Assembly: GCA_051294375.1 (NCBI GenBank)
Contig: CM119267.1
Location: 17,834,992-17,898,991, forward strand
DNA length: 64,000 nt
Reading direction: 5' to 3'
Source: Paraspadella gotoi
Taxonomy: Eukaryota > Animalia > Chaetognatha
Shown: positions 1-13,939 of the stretch, piece after piece
Layout: the number at the start of each line of letters is the position of its first letter
Position numbering within the stretch: position 1 is the first letter of the stretch
Made by a program: the position numbers and the translations under genes
The notes under the pieces: model-generated
The model's database searches: none
Told to the model about the DNA's origin: nothing
The model's input: only the letters and a program-made list of their open reading frames with translations

Positions 1-339
1 TCTCTCTCTGTCTCTATCTCTCTCTCTCCGTATTTATCTTTTTATATCGTATTCATCGCTTTTCTTCTTTCCATTCATTCATTTACCTAAAATCACATTC
101 AACACAAACCCACTATTTTCAAATTTGCCTTTATGTTTAAGCTATCAACTATACCGGCTCGCACCGAGCATAAAAAAAATCTTAATTGAAATTACGAGGC
201 CCCCAGATTTTTAAGTAAAAAAAACTTTACGTGAAACCGAACGGTAAAAAGCGAACGAGTGATTGAGAACTGAGAAGTGAAACAAAAAAAAGAGTGACAG
301 GAAAAAGTAATTGGAAGAATTGAGAGGGTAATGAACGGA

Positions 340-682
340 AAATGAGGGAAAGAGAACGTGAAAGGAGCCAAAGAAGGAGTGAAAGAACCTAAAATGAAGG
401 GAAAGATTGAGAGTCAGTGAAGGAGTGGAAGAAAAGGGAGGAAGGAAGAAAAGAAGAAAAAAGAAAAGAGTAAAAGAAAGAGTGAATGAAATAGAAAATT
501 TAAAAAAGGATGGAAAGAAAGGTGCGAAAAAGATGGAAAAAAATGAGTGAAGGAAGGAGTTAATCAAGAAGTTAAAGATAGGAGTGAGAGAAGTAGTTTA
601 AAAAAGAGTGAAAGAAGGAGTTAAATAATAAAGGAGCGAAAGAAAGGAGCAAAAAGATAGGAGCGATAGAAAGGAGCAAAAC
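340..682 (+). repeat. Degenerate purine-rich 12-13-bp minisatellite (AAAGGAGYGAAAG-like)
   Basis: Recurrent aaggagtgaaag / aaaggagcgaaag / ataggagcgatag / aaaggagcaaaa units. Confidence 0.65.
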
Positions 683-780
683 TGGTCGTGAGACTCAGGG
701 TTTCCATCGCGTTTTTCCTCGACGAAGATTTGATGTGGATGAAACGAGACGGGACGAGAAACCGACGGCTCTATGTTAGA

Positions 781-784
<4 letters not shown>

Positions 785-835
<51 letters not shown>

Positions 836-845
836 TCTCTTTTCT
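785..845. repeat. (CT)n microsatellite, representative of dozens of AG/CT tracts (others at ~2481, 5336, 8653, 9690, 10058, 13103, 29690)
   Basis: Directly visible dinucleotide runs. Confidence 0.98.
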
Positions 846-1743
846 TTTAGCGCCTCCTCCTCCACGCCTTCATGGTGAAAAAAAACTGCCTCATTTGCAT
901 AATGACTTCCAATCGTCCTTTCTAACGACGACGACGACGACGACGAATAGACATGGTCCTTTCGTCTGGTTGTCATCCTTGTTGCCGATAACAACGAGAG
1001 AAACTCGCATTAAAACCGAATATTTAAAGAGATTTGAATGAAAAAGGGAAGAAGAATAACAATATCGGTTTTCTACGAGAAGTGAGTGAATTGTAATTTT
1101 TAAATTTTAGAATTATATGGGAAGGTTATTTTTGCTATTTATTTGAAGCAATAGGCCAATAGCCGAAAAGTGATAAAAAATTATATATTTTCAAACTGAA
1201 CTATAGCTAACTAAACTTAATTTTAATGAAAACATCGTGAGAAAGAATTCAAATCTTTAACGTGGAAAAATGAACTCTCACAATGCGAGTTTCAGAGTTG
1301 AGCATGACTGGCAGATATGTAGAAAAATTGAAAACAGAGAACATTATAAATTAGCCTCAACAAAGATATGGTAAATGTTCATCGTTTTAGGCGAGGTAAA
1401 GCAGTTTAAAAAAATCGATAGTCATTAGTCACTTGTGTAGCAACGACAAATATAAACGGGAATCGATTGGAAGTCTTTTTGCGACGGAAATATGAAAATT
1501 AAGGTTAATGACTGATAAGCGATGACGAGGCCGCTCTCTCTCTCTCTATCTGCGTTCTCTCTCTCTTCTCTTTCTCTCTCTCTATCTCTCTTGTCTCTCT
1601 CTCTACCCTAGATTAATGCTTCTCTCTCTCTCTCCTATAACTTCCGGTATTTTGCATACAGAGGAGGAAGAAACATATAATGAGATACAAGCTAGGGCGA
1701 TTGATACGAGAAATGATGGACAGAAGAACGGATGAATATATAT

Positions 1744-1769
1744 AGATGACGTCATCTCGACTCGAGTCG
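1744..1769. promoter_or_regulatory. CRE-containing perfect palindrome AGATGACGTCATCT abutting a second palindrome CGACTCGAGTCG
   Basis: TGACGTCA at 1747-1754 is the CREB/ATF consensus; function is not shown. Confidence 0.25.
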
Positions 1770-2476
1770 TCATAAGCGGCGACGACGACGACGCCGACGA
1801 CGACGACGACGCCGACGACGACGACGACGACGCCGACGAATCATTAAGATTGTTGTCGATTCATCTTTTTCTATTCCCTCTCGTTCATTAATTATTCACT
1901 GGACTTTCATCGGCTTATCAATTCCTCGTTTCTTCAAATTTTTTTTCTTCTTTTTTTCATGAAGTTGAAAACATTGAGGTTGACAAGGGACCCGATCGAT
2001 CGCCGCCGGAAGTGGCCGAGTTCCGATGGGTTTTCGATTTTATTTATATCGATTTTTTATCGTTGTTTTTTTATTGTTTCGCGATGTAATTGATTAGCGA
2101 AAATAATTATCTCGAGAAGGGGAAAATGAGAAGGTATTTAGTGTAAGTTGTTAAGTGTTAATTGTTACTCAATTACATACGTAGTTAGTTCATAAGTATT
2201 GTTCCATTTAATTAATTGTCGCTTTACACTGACACTGATAAGAAACCCGTTGGCCTACTTCATCAAAATCACCAAAAAATTATAAAGAAAATAATTGTTT
2301 CTTTCCTATGTACTATTTTATTTTATTTGCTTTTGCGCTATTTTATTTTTTTTAATCTAATATTTTCTTTTCTCTGCTGACTAATGGCATCATGCCACCG
2401 AAATTAACAATAAGTAGAACGAATGAAAACGTTACCCAGGGGATTATTTTTCTTCTTATTGTTCCGAGCAAAAGGA

Positions 2477-2555
<79 letters not shown>

Positions 2556-2599
2556 AATCCTGGAACGTTACCAAGACGCGGGTATGTGCGGTTTTTTCG

Positions 2600-2613
2600 G
2601 TCGCCATGGCAAC
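2600..2613. promoter_or_regulatory. RFX X-box-like motif GTCGCCATGGCAAC
   Basis: Full match to the GTHNYY-AT-RRNAAC X-box consensus; no linked gene identified. Confidence 0.3.
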
Positions 2614-3097
2614 GATGGTGGTGGGAACTTACGACGACGACGAAGATAACGACGACGACGACATACGCGTGAAGAGTGACGGCGATACCAGCGCCTCTCG
2701 GTTCGAGGTTAAAAACGTTGATGGAAAAAGACGAAAATAAACGCGGGGGGAAAAAGAACGATCATCATCACAAAAACGACGTAATATAAAGTTCACGATA
2801 GTAGTTGTTACTATTAAATAACGTCTCGAGAATTTAGTTTAAGCAACGAATCTACAAGAAAAACATAAAAAGATTAACAGGTATTACTTATGGTATTACT
2901 TTCTATTACTAACTAAATAATAAGTACTACCTTACAAAAAAGTCTAGTTTTACAAGCAAGTATGTGTATTTTTGATCCTATTAATTTTGATATATTTTCC
3001 TACTACAGATTAAACTATTAATACTAAAATAATAATGCATACTACTCCGGCACCACTACCGCCACAGCGGAGGTTGGAAAACAATGCCAGCGATAAT

Positions 3098-3227
3098 GAC
3101 GACGACGACGACGACGACGACGACGAAGTGACCGACGACGACGACGACGACGACGACGTGACCGACGACGACGCTCGGCCGGGATCGAGTACCGAGTTTC
3201 CATTAACGGCGACGTCATTATTCGTTA

Positions 3228-3262
<35 letters not shown>
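3098..3262. repeat. (GAC)n tract followed by a complementary (GTC)n tract
   Basis: GAC runs 3098-3173 and GTC run 3229-3262. Confidence 0.9.
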
Positions 3263-3263
<1 letters not shown>

Positions 3264-3786
3264 ACGGTTTTTCAAGGAATGTGGCTTCGTGAATGAGATT
3301 CTTTCTTTTTTCTTACATTTTATTTTGCTCTGCTTTTTCTCTCTTTCTTTCTTTCTCTATTTCTGTCTTCTCTATGTATTTCCTTCTTTCGTTTAATATA
3401 TTTCTTTTTTCACGCATCTGCTATATTTCTATCTTTTTCTCTTCCTTTTTTCTTTTCTCTCTTCTTACTATTTGGCGATGAATTTTCCAACAAAGCCGAA
3501 AGCGAGGGACACGTAAGTGGGCGTGGCACTTGAGGGTGAGATGCGTCGCGTCGATTCTGGTTTTCGGTGGAAGCGAGGATCCAACGGGCGTTATCTTTCG
3601 GTTCAAATTCCAAAGGCGTTTCTAGCTCGGTGTCCAATTGTTATCTTAGGTTTCCTTACGCTCCAACTGAATTGGTATTGAGTTACAATTACAGAGCGGA
3701 ATTACTAGTGTTGTGAATTACTGTTCCGGCACTTCTTATATTTCTGTTTTGATTAAATTACAAACCCTACCCGCGGGAACGTTTTA

Positions 3787-3830
3787 ACGAACGAAGGAAC
3801 GAACGAACAAACGAACGAACGAACGAACGA

Positions 3831-3861
<31 letters not shown>

Positions 3862-3953
3862 AGCGAATGAACGAACGAACGAACGAACGAACGAACAAAC
3901 GAACGAGCGAATGAACGAAAGAACGAAGTAAACTTACTAAACGAACGAACGAA
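3787..3953. repeat. (GAAC)n tetranucleotide microsatellite
   Basis: Long aacg/gaac run with few interruptions. Confidence 0.95.
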
Positions 3954-5333
3954 AGAATAAAAATTGGGTTAATGCATTGAAATCACCTCGAGAAAATCTA
4001 AATCACAACCGAAATCACCGGAAGGGAATTATCACACGACCATAAAAAAGGAGAATGAACTCTGGAAGAGGAGGAGGAAGAGAACGACGACGACGACGAC
4101 GAGGAGGAGACGTCTATGTTGATGACAATGTCTTTTCTCGGCAAGACAATGCGTTTGGAAAGTTTAAAATGGCGACGGTGGAGTAATTAAGGGGTCTTAC
4201 GATCCGACGATTATGAATCGGTGATCGTCAAGTTGTTCCATGACAAGTCTGTATCTGTTTATATATATATCTTGTACTTTTTTGGGGGGAGTTGACGACG
4301 ACGATGAAAACGACGACGAAGACGACGACCTGTTTCGCCGACTCAAAACTGTCAAGATGTAAAGCAAAGGTTGACGAACCTCCTTTTCCCCGACTGATAT
4401 GATGACAAGGAATTTTAATGACGCTAATCCTCATCATATTCTCGCCATTTTCGTCCGAATTTAAGGTCTTAATTAGAGATGAATGTTAAAGAAATATCGG
4501 AAAAAGTACAACTGTTTACGTCTTAAATTGATAAATTAAATAAATAAAACTCAAAATTGCAAACTTGAAATAAATAAAACGAATAAAATAAAATAAATAA
4601 AAGAATGAATGAAGTTCGAAACTTTAAACTACTTTTAGTTTTAAAAATTTCATATCGAAAAAGCAAACTTGCCCTTTTATTCAGAAGTAAATGAAACGTC
4701 TTTATTACAATTTAAGATTTTTATCACTGATAAAAATCGGAATAAATATCTAATATTTTAATTCTCGCGCCAGGAATTTCTCGCGCCTCCGAGCGAAGGA
4801 ATCAATTGTGTCCATGAGCCCCTCCAAGAAATCCCAATGAGAGAACCAATGAATTTTTAACTCTTTTTTCCCAAAAGAATCTTCGCGAATTTTAAACGCC
4901 CCATTTTTTTCTTCTTTTTTTTTCTTTTTTATTTTCGGGGCGCAGAGAGCGTATCCTATGAATTTGAAATTCATTGTTTTGTTCTAGTTGGTACCGTTCG
5001 TTCCCGACCGAATTTTTTTAACTACATAATGTCGTGTTACAAAAGCGATTTAACAATATATTTTTTTATTATGAAAAGGAAGCTTTTTTGAAAAGTTAAT
5101 CTGCATATAAAAGTTATCTGTATATCTAAAATCTATTTCTTTGTGGTTTTTATCTCGATTTTTAGTTTGTCTTGTTCATACGAGAAGACAAAAAAGTCGT
5201 GAGTAAAACGATTACCTTTTCTCATTTTGTGAAACTCGCGATTCACACAATCGGAAGGCGGGGAAAAACGGAAAAAATTGGCTGGTGACCCTTTTGAACC
5301 ACTATGAAAAAAGTGATTTGTCACGGCCAGAGG

Positions 5334-5422
<89 letters not shown>

Positions 5423-5727
5423 TTTTCATTTCTCCTCCACTGTTACTGAAAATCGCAATTTCACCCTTACCCTCTCACTCTCGTCCTCTTCTTCATTTTC
5501 TCTTTTTCTCTATCTTTCTCTCTATCTCTGTCACTCTGTCTCACTCTCTCTGTCTACGCGGTTATCCCGTTTGAGGTTTAAATAGTTCTAGTTGAAGCCC
5601 AAATTTAACTTGAGCCAACGATTCTGCATTTGTACAGTGTGAAAAATTGATAGAATTATCATAATAATGTAGTTTTTTAAAGTTGTAACGAGCTCGTTTT
5701 AGTCGTTGTCGATGTAGGAGATGAAAA

Positions 5728-5849
5728 TGATGATGATGATGATGATGATGATGATATGATGCTATGATAATGATGATCGATGATATATGATGGATGATGA
5801 TGATGAATGATGATGATTATGATGATGATGATGATGATGCTAATGATGT
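5728..5849. repeat. Degenerate (GAT)n microsatellite
   Basis: Interrupted gatgatgat run. Confidence 0.9.
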
Positions 5850-7849
5850 AAACGGGAAAGGATATAACGTTTTTTATTCAAATAGATTACGATTTCTATA
5901 AAAAAAAAACTTTCATTGAATCTGGTAAAAAAGAATAAAAATTCAAAATATTCGGGAAAATATTCCGAAACTTTTGGAAGAACCAAGGCGCTTGTAACGA
6001 TGAATATGATCCTGGAGCTGAAGATGAAAAAAGGGGGGGGGGAAATATAGTAAAAAAAATACAGTAAAAAATGGAAGAGCAGAATCGTGGCAATGACGCG
6101 ATGTAAGTATGGCTCTAAAGAAGACCAGAAATATTAATGTTTTGTCTTAGTCTTTGTTTCTTTGTTTCTTTATTTGTTTGTTCCTTTTTATGTATCTTTC
6201 TTTTTCATGCCTTTCTTTCTTTATGCCTCTCTTTCTTTTTATTATGCTTTTTTCTTTCGCTCTCTCTTTCTTTCAATCTTTATTTTCTATTAGTTCATCC
6301 TTCTTTCTTACAACATTCCCTTCTTTACCAGACGTTCTCAGACAGACGGACCAAAAAAAAAAAACTGTCTCAACGCGGTCGCCGGTCCCGTCTCGATCCT
6401 TCGGGTTCGAGGTCAACGATGGCAATAAGGGGAAAAATCCCCTGGCGGCTTAACTTTTGACTCTCACCTCGCGAGTTGGACGTCAAAAATTCCATTCCGC
6501 GCTGATCCTTTTTTTTTAGAGAGAGAGAAATGAAGGGCCTCATAGAAAAAGCATAAATAATATGAGGAGGACCTTCGGGATTTGAAGACTCAATTGGAAA
6601 TATGTTCGGCTTTTTACCAGGAAATTATCAAAGCGACAACTGCGGGGTTTTTTTTTCGATTTTTCTTCCTTTTTCCAAACAGTTTGTTTTTACGGGTGAC
6701 AATGTTTTTATGTTTGTTTCAATAAAATTTGTCATTAACGATATCATTAAAATGAATCATGGATGGAGTTCAAATAAGGGAACGGTTAAAATAACAAAAA
6801 AGCGTTGGAATATCGTAATGTGTGTGCAAATGGAAAAAATGACGACGATAGCACATTTAAGTTTTTTTAAAAAAATTAAATGTAAACGTTTCATCAGCGA
6901 TCCATTTGTGTTTAAATATTTTTTTTTCTGATAATTTTTTTTTTTTTATTAATACCAAAAACAGTATTGACAAATCAGAAACAGTATCAGTTTAAATAAC
7001 ATACTGACTCAACATACTATCTTAGGATATTAGGCAAAAGGCAGTTTAACTATAAACACATTTAATGAATATTGAAGAAAAAAAACTGGTAACATTAATG
7101 GTAGTAAAAGTGAAAGGTATTACGAAGAGGATTTTCCTTTTCCACAACGAAAGTGACGGCGACGACGTTGCAACTCCACTTTTTTTCCGAACGAACGAAT
7201 TTTGCGAAAAGATGCAAATTTGAATTTAAGACTTCGCGACATTTGAATGAAAATTAACGACCGAAAAAATGAAAAAAATATATTTCGGAGAATAACAAAT
7301 AGTACGAAAAAAATGTGTTATCCATTTGGTATTTCTCTTCCATCATTTAATATGTATTCTCGAGTTTTTCAAATTTTTTTTTCTCGATTTCCTTTCATGG
7401 CTGAAATTTTTATCTTCACTCGATTTTAAATATTTATGACGTTAATATCGAAGATTTTTCCAACATCTTGTCGTGAGTTTTACTTTTTTCATCATCAATT
7501 ATTTTGGTAAGGTTAACTAGTACATATTTTTTTTCTTCTCATAAACATCTCCTTTTTTTTTGGCCATTTTTTCCCCGGTTTTTTTTTCCCATTTCGCGAT
7601 TTTTTCTCCTTTCGCAATTTTCCCGCCAATCTCCATCCGAGGCACAAAAAAAAAAAAAAAGAAGAAATTCCCTTCCATCCAATCGCAATTTTATATGCGA
7701 CGACGTCTGCCCTTCCCTTACCTTTCTTTCTCAACTCACTTTTTTCCTCACCTCGTCTCCACCACCTCGTCACCGCCGATTTGCTCTTTTGTTTGGAACG
7801 CCCTCTTCGTCGGATGACGACGGATATCGCTCCAGTAAAGGTCGCTTCG

Positions 7850-7951
7850 TCAGTAGGAGCAACGGTCGCGAAGAACTCGCGAGTCCAACGACCTCTGATA
7901 GTCGCTGGGGCGGAGCAGCGAAGGATAGTGACGCCGCCGCCGCCATGCCGA

Positions 7952-7988
<37 letters not shown>

Positions 7989-8072
7989 GACGCCCTCTTT
8001 GTTTTTGTTGTTGCGATTTCCCATCGTTGGGTTTCATTTCTCGGAAGCGAATCTCGTTTCTGAGTCGTTGTC

Positions 8073-8104
<32 letters not shown>

Positions 8105-8584
8105 CGAGATCGACGTCCTTGTCAGTCGCGACTCGAACGAACGGGAGAGAAGTGGGTCGTCGGTTTGAGGCCAACTGCCCGGTCGGGGGAGACGGGGCTT
8201 CAGATAGCGGCCCGGACGGCGCATCCTAGAAAGGCCTTGGGAGGGACGAAAGGCTGTTGAGCTGGCTTTATCTCTGTCCCTTCGAGGACGAGCGACGGTT
8301 AGACGCTTGTATTTGTCGTCATCTTCCGAATGTTCATTGTTGTTGTTGTTCTTCTCCTCTGTCCAAATAAGTCGTCGTCGTCGTCGTAGCCTTTTCTCTT
8401 TCGTCGGCCATCTGTTCCCTTTCCCTCCTCTTGGGACGAAATTAATTTTCAATTTATTATTTAGATAATTTTTTTTTCGTTGCCTTTTTGTTTTCATTTC
8501 CCTTTTCCGTCGTTTCGCCTTCGTAGATGGCGCGTATTTGCTATTTGTAGACAAAAGACAAACAACCGCAACGTCTTTAAACAC
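7850..8584 (-). CDS. Candidate coding exon or ORF, low-complexity protein of unknown function
   Basis: 244-aa ORF over a GC-rich island with poly-N/T/A tracts and non-repetitive stretches; other frames are also partly open; no recognisable domain. Confidence 0.25.
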
Positions 8585-8648
8585 CTTTTAAGCGAGAGGA
8601 AAAATAATCTTGAGGAAACTTTCATTTTCTTTCTTTCTTTCTTTCTTT

Positions 8649-8748
<100 letters not shown>

Positions 8749-9053
8749 TTTTCAAGTCCCTCTCTGTCTTTTTTCCCTCCGCGGATTTAATGACGAAATA
8801 AAAAGTCTCTGCTCTCCTTTTTTTTATGGCGATTTTCCGCAAATAACGATTTTTTTTTTCAGTTTTTAATGAAGCGAGAAACTGGGAATAAACTTTATCT
8901 CCTATTTAAAACTGAGAAAGATGGATAGAATGAGAGAGAGAGAGAGAGAGAGAGAGAAAGTGTGAATGAGACAGAAGATCGTTCGTTTCATGTAACGCCT
9001 TCCAACGTAGTCGTTATACTAAAGCCCCCTTTGTGAAGATTGCTTTCTCCGTC

Positions 9054-9089
<36 letters not shown>

Positions 9090-9732
9090 TCTGTCTCTTT
9101 GTCGGGTCCTCCAGAGTAGGAAAATAGTAGAAGTTGGTGTCGCTGGCGAGTGTGCACAGTGTGCACAGTGTGCTCAGTGGGTAATAGAATAAGTTTGGGA
9201 TCTATTATAGGAGTATGGACAGCGTTAAAGGAAGACGAGAAGAAGGACGAAAGTTATCGTCGTCGTGTCGGTGATGCCAAGTAACTCAGTGACGAAAGAG
9301 ACAAGCGAGATGGAGCGGCTTGGTGTGATGCTGGAGTGAGAGCCAATCGTGGGATGAAGAAAGGGAAAAGTAATTGAGTTTTAGAGAATCATCTTCATCA
9401 TGGGGAAGAAATAAAAGCGAAGTCAAAACGAAAGATAAGAACGTGGAAGGTTAACTATTAAATAGGAGAAGGTAGATATTTTTTAAATTTTACCCAGAAG
9501 GAAAAGACAATTTTTTACTTTTTTATTTCACTTTTTTTTTATCTATATTGAAAAGTCTAGAACCATCAAGAGAAAAAAAAACCACATTTTTCGTTGCAAA
9601 TTCGATTTCGAGTCTCGGAAGCCGAAATTCAGTCGAAACTCGAACCTATCGTTGTAATAAAAAATGTGGCCAATCTAAAATACAGTCTCTCTTTCTCTCT
9701 CTCTCTCTCCTCCTCTCTCTCTCTCTCTCTCT

Positions 9733-9801
<69 letters not shown>

Positions 9802-10053
9802 CCAACTCTTTTCTTCCTTCTTCCAAAAGCAAAATTCTCTCGACATAAATAAGTAAACGAGCAAAAAAGCAAAGTCGCTGCTTGGAAGTATGGTATTTTT
9901 ATGGCTGTACGTTATAATCACTACTACACAAATTATTCAAACTCGAAAACCCGAGACTAAAAAAGTAAAAAAACCAAAAAAGAAGACAACAAACATTATA
10001 TCTTTAAACACGAAAGGAAACGCCTTTTGAACTTTCTTGAAGAATGTAAACGG

Positions 10054-10125
<72 letters not shown>

Positions 10126-10374
10126 CTTCTTAAAAAAATCTATTTATCCCTTATCTTGTTAAGCCGCCAGATCAGTAAGTAATATATATGAATCTATTTT
10201 TATTTCTATCTTAATAGACGTACGATTTGAAGATTTAAAAAATTATTCTAAAAAACTAACCAAAAAAAAACAAACCTTTAAATCAAACATCACAAAACAG
10301 AAGGGAACAGAAGAGCCGAAGACTACTTCGCGACCGATCGATACAAAAATCGAAAATGCTTTGCCTTTTTGTCG

Positions 10375-10777
10375 TTTTTAGTTGCGCCGCTAGTACTCGC
10401 GGAGCAACTCTATAAGTCACTTTTCGGTCGGACTGCCGGTCCGTCGGTCCGTTTTTCACTGGGTCGGTCGGTATGTCTGTCCGTCGGTCTGTCCTACTTA
10501 CGTTAAAAATGCATATAATTTGCCTATAGTTGATTTCTCAGTTGTTAAGACAGAAAAAAAATCTCAATTCTAAGGGACTGCTAGCGCCGCCTTCAGGAAT
10601 TCATTAAACTATAATAAATAAAAGACTAAATTTTGATGCAGTACATGTCATAAATACACGGGCAAAAAAAAGTTTTTTAGTCATGTCATGTCATGTCATG
10701 TTATATGTGATCAAAGAGAAATAAACGTGAAAATAAAATCACTGCGGCGCAACACATTGGAATTACCGTTCTCGTTT
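10375..10777 (+). mobile_element. Helentron-associated non-autonomous element (HINE/DINE-1-like), family 1 copy a
   Basis: Starts in a T-run with AGTTGCGCCGC, internal inverted copy GCGGAGCAACT forming a 5' hairpin, GTCG/GTCC microsatellite, (CATGT)n, 3' subterminal GCGGCGCAAC, ends CTCGTTT; no TSD. Confidence 0.7.
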
Positions 10778-11079
10778 GTTTTTTATCTTTTCATTTATTT
10801 TTTTACGATTTCGTTTTTAATTCCTTAACTTTCTTCTCACTTTTTCCCGTCGTTTACTGTCTCGATTCTACTCGACAATTTCTCTCCGATTGTTGAAGCG
10901 ATTACGAAGAAGTTAAAACGCAAACATAATCATAAAAAACATAATCGTAAAAATACGAAAATTACCCATCGGTCCTCGTTATTTCAAAAGTGACATTACT
11001 ATAAAAATAAAGCGACGCTAACGATCGTTGAGCCAAAAAAAAATGGGGTGAAAACGAGACGGAAAGGGTTGGGTGTCGC

Positions 11080-11256
11080 TGACCAGATCGAGAGACGTTG
11101 AGTCAAAACATGACTCGAGGACTTTCGGCTGACTTTGATTGGCGAAGGAGTTAGCGTTTGACCTGCAACTTCGTTAATTGAAACAGCTCGTAATTTTTCT
11201 TTCAGGGCGTCATATTGTTTTCGGTTCTCTGACCCCTTCCCCATTTTCTCATTTCT
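11080..11256 (-). CDS. Possible exon (…GSENRKQYDALKEKLRAVSINEVAGQTLTPSPIKVSRKSSSHVLTQRLSIW…)
   Basis: Non-repetitive protein-like ORF downstream of a CCAG acceptor-like site; no recognised homology. Confidence 0.2.
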
Positions 11257-11714
11257 GGAATGAGCTACTAAGGATAATAATTACAGCCATAACTGAAAAT
11301 GAAAAAAACTAGCATTTTAAATTTGCAATGACAGATCACCTGAAAAGGATTTAGACAGAAGAAAGTCGCGTAAAGAAGTATATGGAGAAAAAGTGAAAAA
11401 TACAATAAAGTTTTTAAAAAATAATTAATTTAAAAAAAGTCATTAAACTCGAGCGAGAAAAAAACAATTCGCCGAATCCCAAATTCGGATCCATGACAAT
11501 TGACCATGACCAATTGACCCTTTCTAATTCTGAACCGCGAAAAGTTTTCTCTTTTCGGTGTCCCAATATTCATTCGTTTCTTACGTTAATTCTTTATTTG
11601 TTTTTCTTTTAAATTGTTTTTTCAACTTCATTTTTTATTTCTTTCTCTCTCCATTTTTCATTCGCTTTATTTTACGTCGTTGTGTTCTGCCTTCTTTTTT
11701 CTTAATTCATTCTT

Positions 11715-12080
11715 TTTTTAGTTGCGCCGCGAGTACTCGCGGAGCAACTCTATAAGTCGATTAGTCGGTCCGTCGGTCGGTCCGGCGGTCGGTCGGTATT
11801 TCTGACCGTCGGTCTGTCCCACTTACGTTAAAAATGCATATAATTTGTTCTTTTGTTAAGACAGAAAAAACCCTCAAATCTAAGTGACTGCAAGCGCCGC
11901 CTTCAGGAAATCCTAAAACTATAAAAAATAAAAGACGGAATTTCGATGCAGTGCATGTCATAAATACACAGGCTAAGAAAGTTAATATAATTATGTTATG
12001 TCACGTCATGTCATGTCACGAGAAATACACGTAATAAGCAGTCACTAGGGCGCAACACATTTAGATTACTGTTCTTGCTT
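11715..12080 (+). mobile_element. HINE-like family 1 copy b
   Basis: Collinear with 10375-10777 but differs by substitutions; same 5' hairpin (GTTGCGCCGCGAGTACTCGCGGAGCAAC) and 3' GGCGCAAC…CTTGCTT. Confidence 0.7.
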
Positions 12081-12500
12081 TTTTCATTTCTCGACTTCAT
12101 TCTTTTCCCCCTTCCTTCTACTATCTTTCTCTCATTGTGAATTTTTTAATTAACTCTTTCAGATTGAAAAAAATTCATGTAATTCGTTTCTCTCTTTTTT
12201 TTTCCCGCCATATCTTCCTCATCCTCTTCCTCCTTCTTTTTTTTTTCCCGCCACATCTTCCTCATCCTCTTCCTTCTCCTTTCTTCCCTGTTCTGCCCGA
12301 ATCGGCTCGATGATTCTTTTCTTTTTTTTTATTTCGTTAATTTTTTTAAATCTCTATCTCTCTCTCTTTTTCGCTCTTAGCATATTTCTGTAAATCCTTG
12401 CATAATCCTTGCAATTTGTCATGAATCATTAGCCAAGTGATAACTAAAAAAAAACTTTTTGACAGCTTGATAGACAGACTATATGCGAGCGAATAGAAAA

Positions 12501-12548
<48 letters not shown>

Positions 12549-13098
12549 CACGCGCGCGCGCTCAAACGACCTCAGCCTAAAAGTGATGTTTTGACAAACA
12601 CCGTCGAGCATTTTTCTACAACCATTGTTTTCCTTCCTGTTTGTTTTTTCGCAAGAAAACAAATCATCTCGTTCGAAGAGAAAACAATTTTAGCGCAGCT
12701 GAATTTCCAGAGTTGGAAATTGAAAATCGTGGTAGTATGTCGCATCTGCGAGATACATCACCGAGTTCGCCAGCTGCGACGCTAAAAAAAAAAACAAAGT
12801 AAACGTTAAATTCCCACGACGCTGAGAACTTTGACGATGTATCTTCGCGGTTCATCGGTAGCGACGTTGCTCGTCACCTGGAGAGGCGAAGCCGCTGGCA
12901 AAAAAAAAAGAAAAGGCTTTTTCTCATGACCGAAAGCCTCTTATGAATATTAACGAACTTAAGATTTTAGGAATGAGAAAAAAGACGAGTAAACAAAAAT
13001 GATAGTGAAAAAAAAAGAAAGCAGTAAACAATTAAACATAACAAACTCCTAAGCACGTGACAAACTACAGAATACAATTATGGAAACAACAAGTGGGG

Positions 13099-13230
<132 letters not shown>

Positions 13231-13898
13231 CAGAGACACAGAGAGAGAGAGAGACGAATGTTATCGCTTACGCTCTTCCCGACGCGCGTCTCTACCGCTA
13301 GAAGTCGTTTATTAATGACGTTAAAAGAAGGAAAAAAAAACTCCATTAAGTCAAGAAGCCGGAGTTTCTGGTTTATCGGAGGACATTCGTCATTGGCGCC
13401 GCTAGAGGGAAGCGCTTCCGCCGGAGTCGGGAAGGAAGCGAGGAAAAGGGAAGGAAGCGAAAGGAGATAGAAGATTAAAATGAAGCGGGATTGAGTTAAT
13501 GAAAGAAAATGAAGAATGGGAGGAAAAAAAAGAAAATTGGATTGAAACGAGAAATTAAAAATTAAAAAAATTAAAAAGAAGTGAAATGACGAAGGATGTA
13601 AGTTTAAAACAATGATGAATGAACTGGGGAAATTTAATGAAATCAAAATTAAGAAATTAATAAAGGGAGGACACGAAGCATAGCAATGAAAAAAATATCA
13701 ATTTTAAAGTTATTTAGTAACACCTGTTTTGACTTCACAGGTTTTTCTTTTTTATCAAGTTGGTTTGTCTTGAAGTTGAATGAGAAGATTCGTAAGTGAA
13801 TAACTGAAGACATAACCGAAGAAGGATAACAAAATCAATCACGAGAAACGAGGTCGTCATCAAATAATGATTACGCATTTTAATAAATTAAAGAAGAT

Positions 13899-13939
<41 letters not shown>

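Noticed and set aside
153-180. GCTCG-CAC-CGAGC hairpin plus A-run as a terminator or Helentron end
   Set aside because: Only a 5-bp stem, eukaryotic context, and no second copy or partner end in the window
5559-5650. GGTTATCCCGTTTGAG|GT resembling a nematode spliced-leader exon end
   Set aside because: Only a partial match to SL1, no Sm-binding site downstream, and single copy
6375-6450. C(UUCG)G hairpin plus AGGGG…CCCCT stem as a possible ribozyme or ncRNA
   Set aside because: No hammerhead or HDV core and no tRNA boxes; short stems are expected by chance
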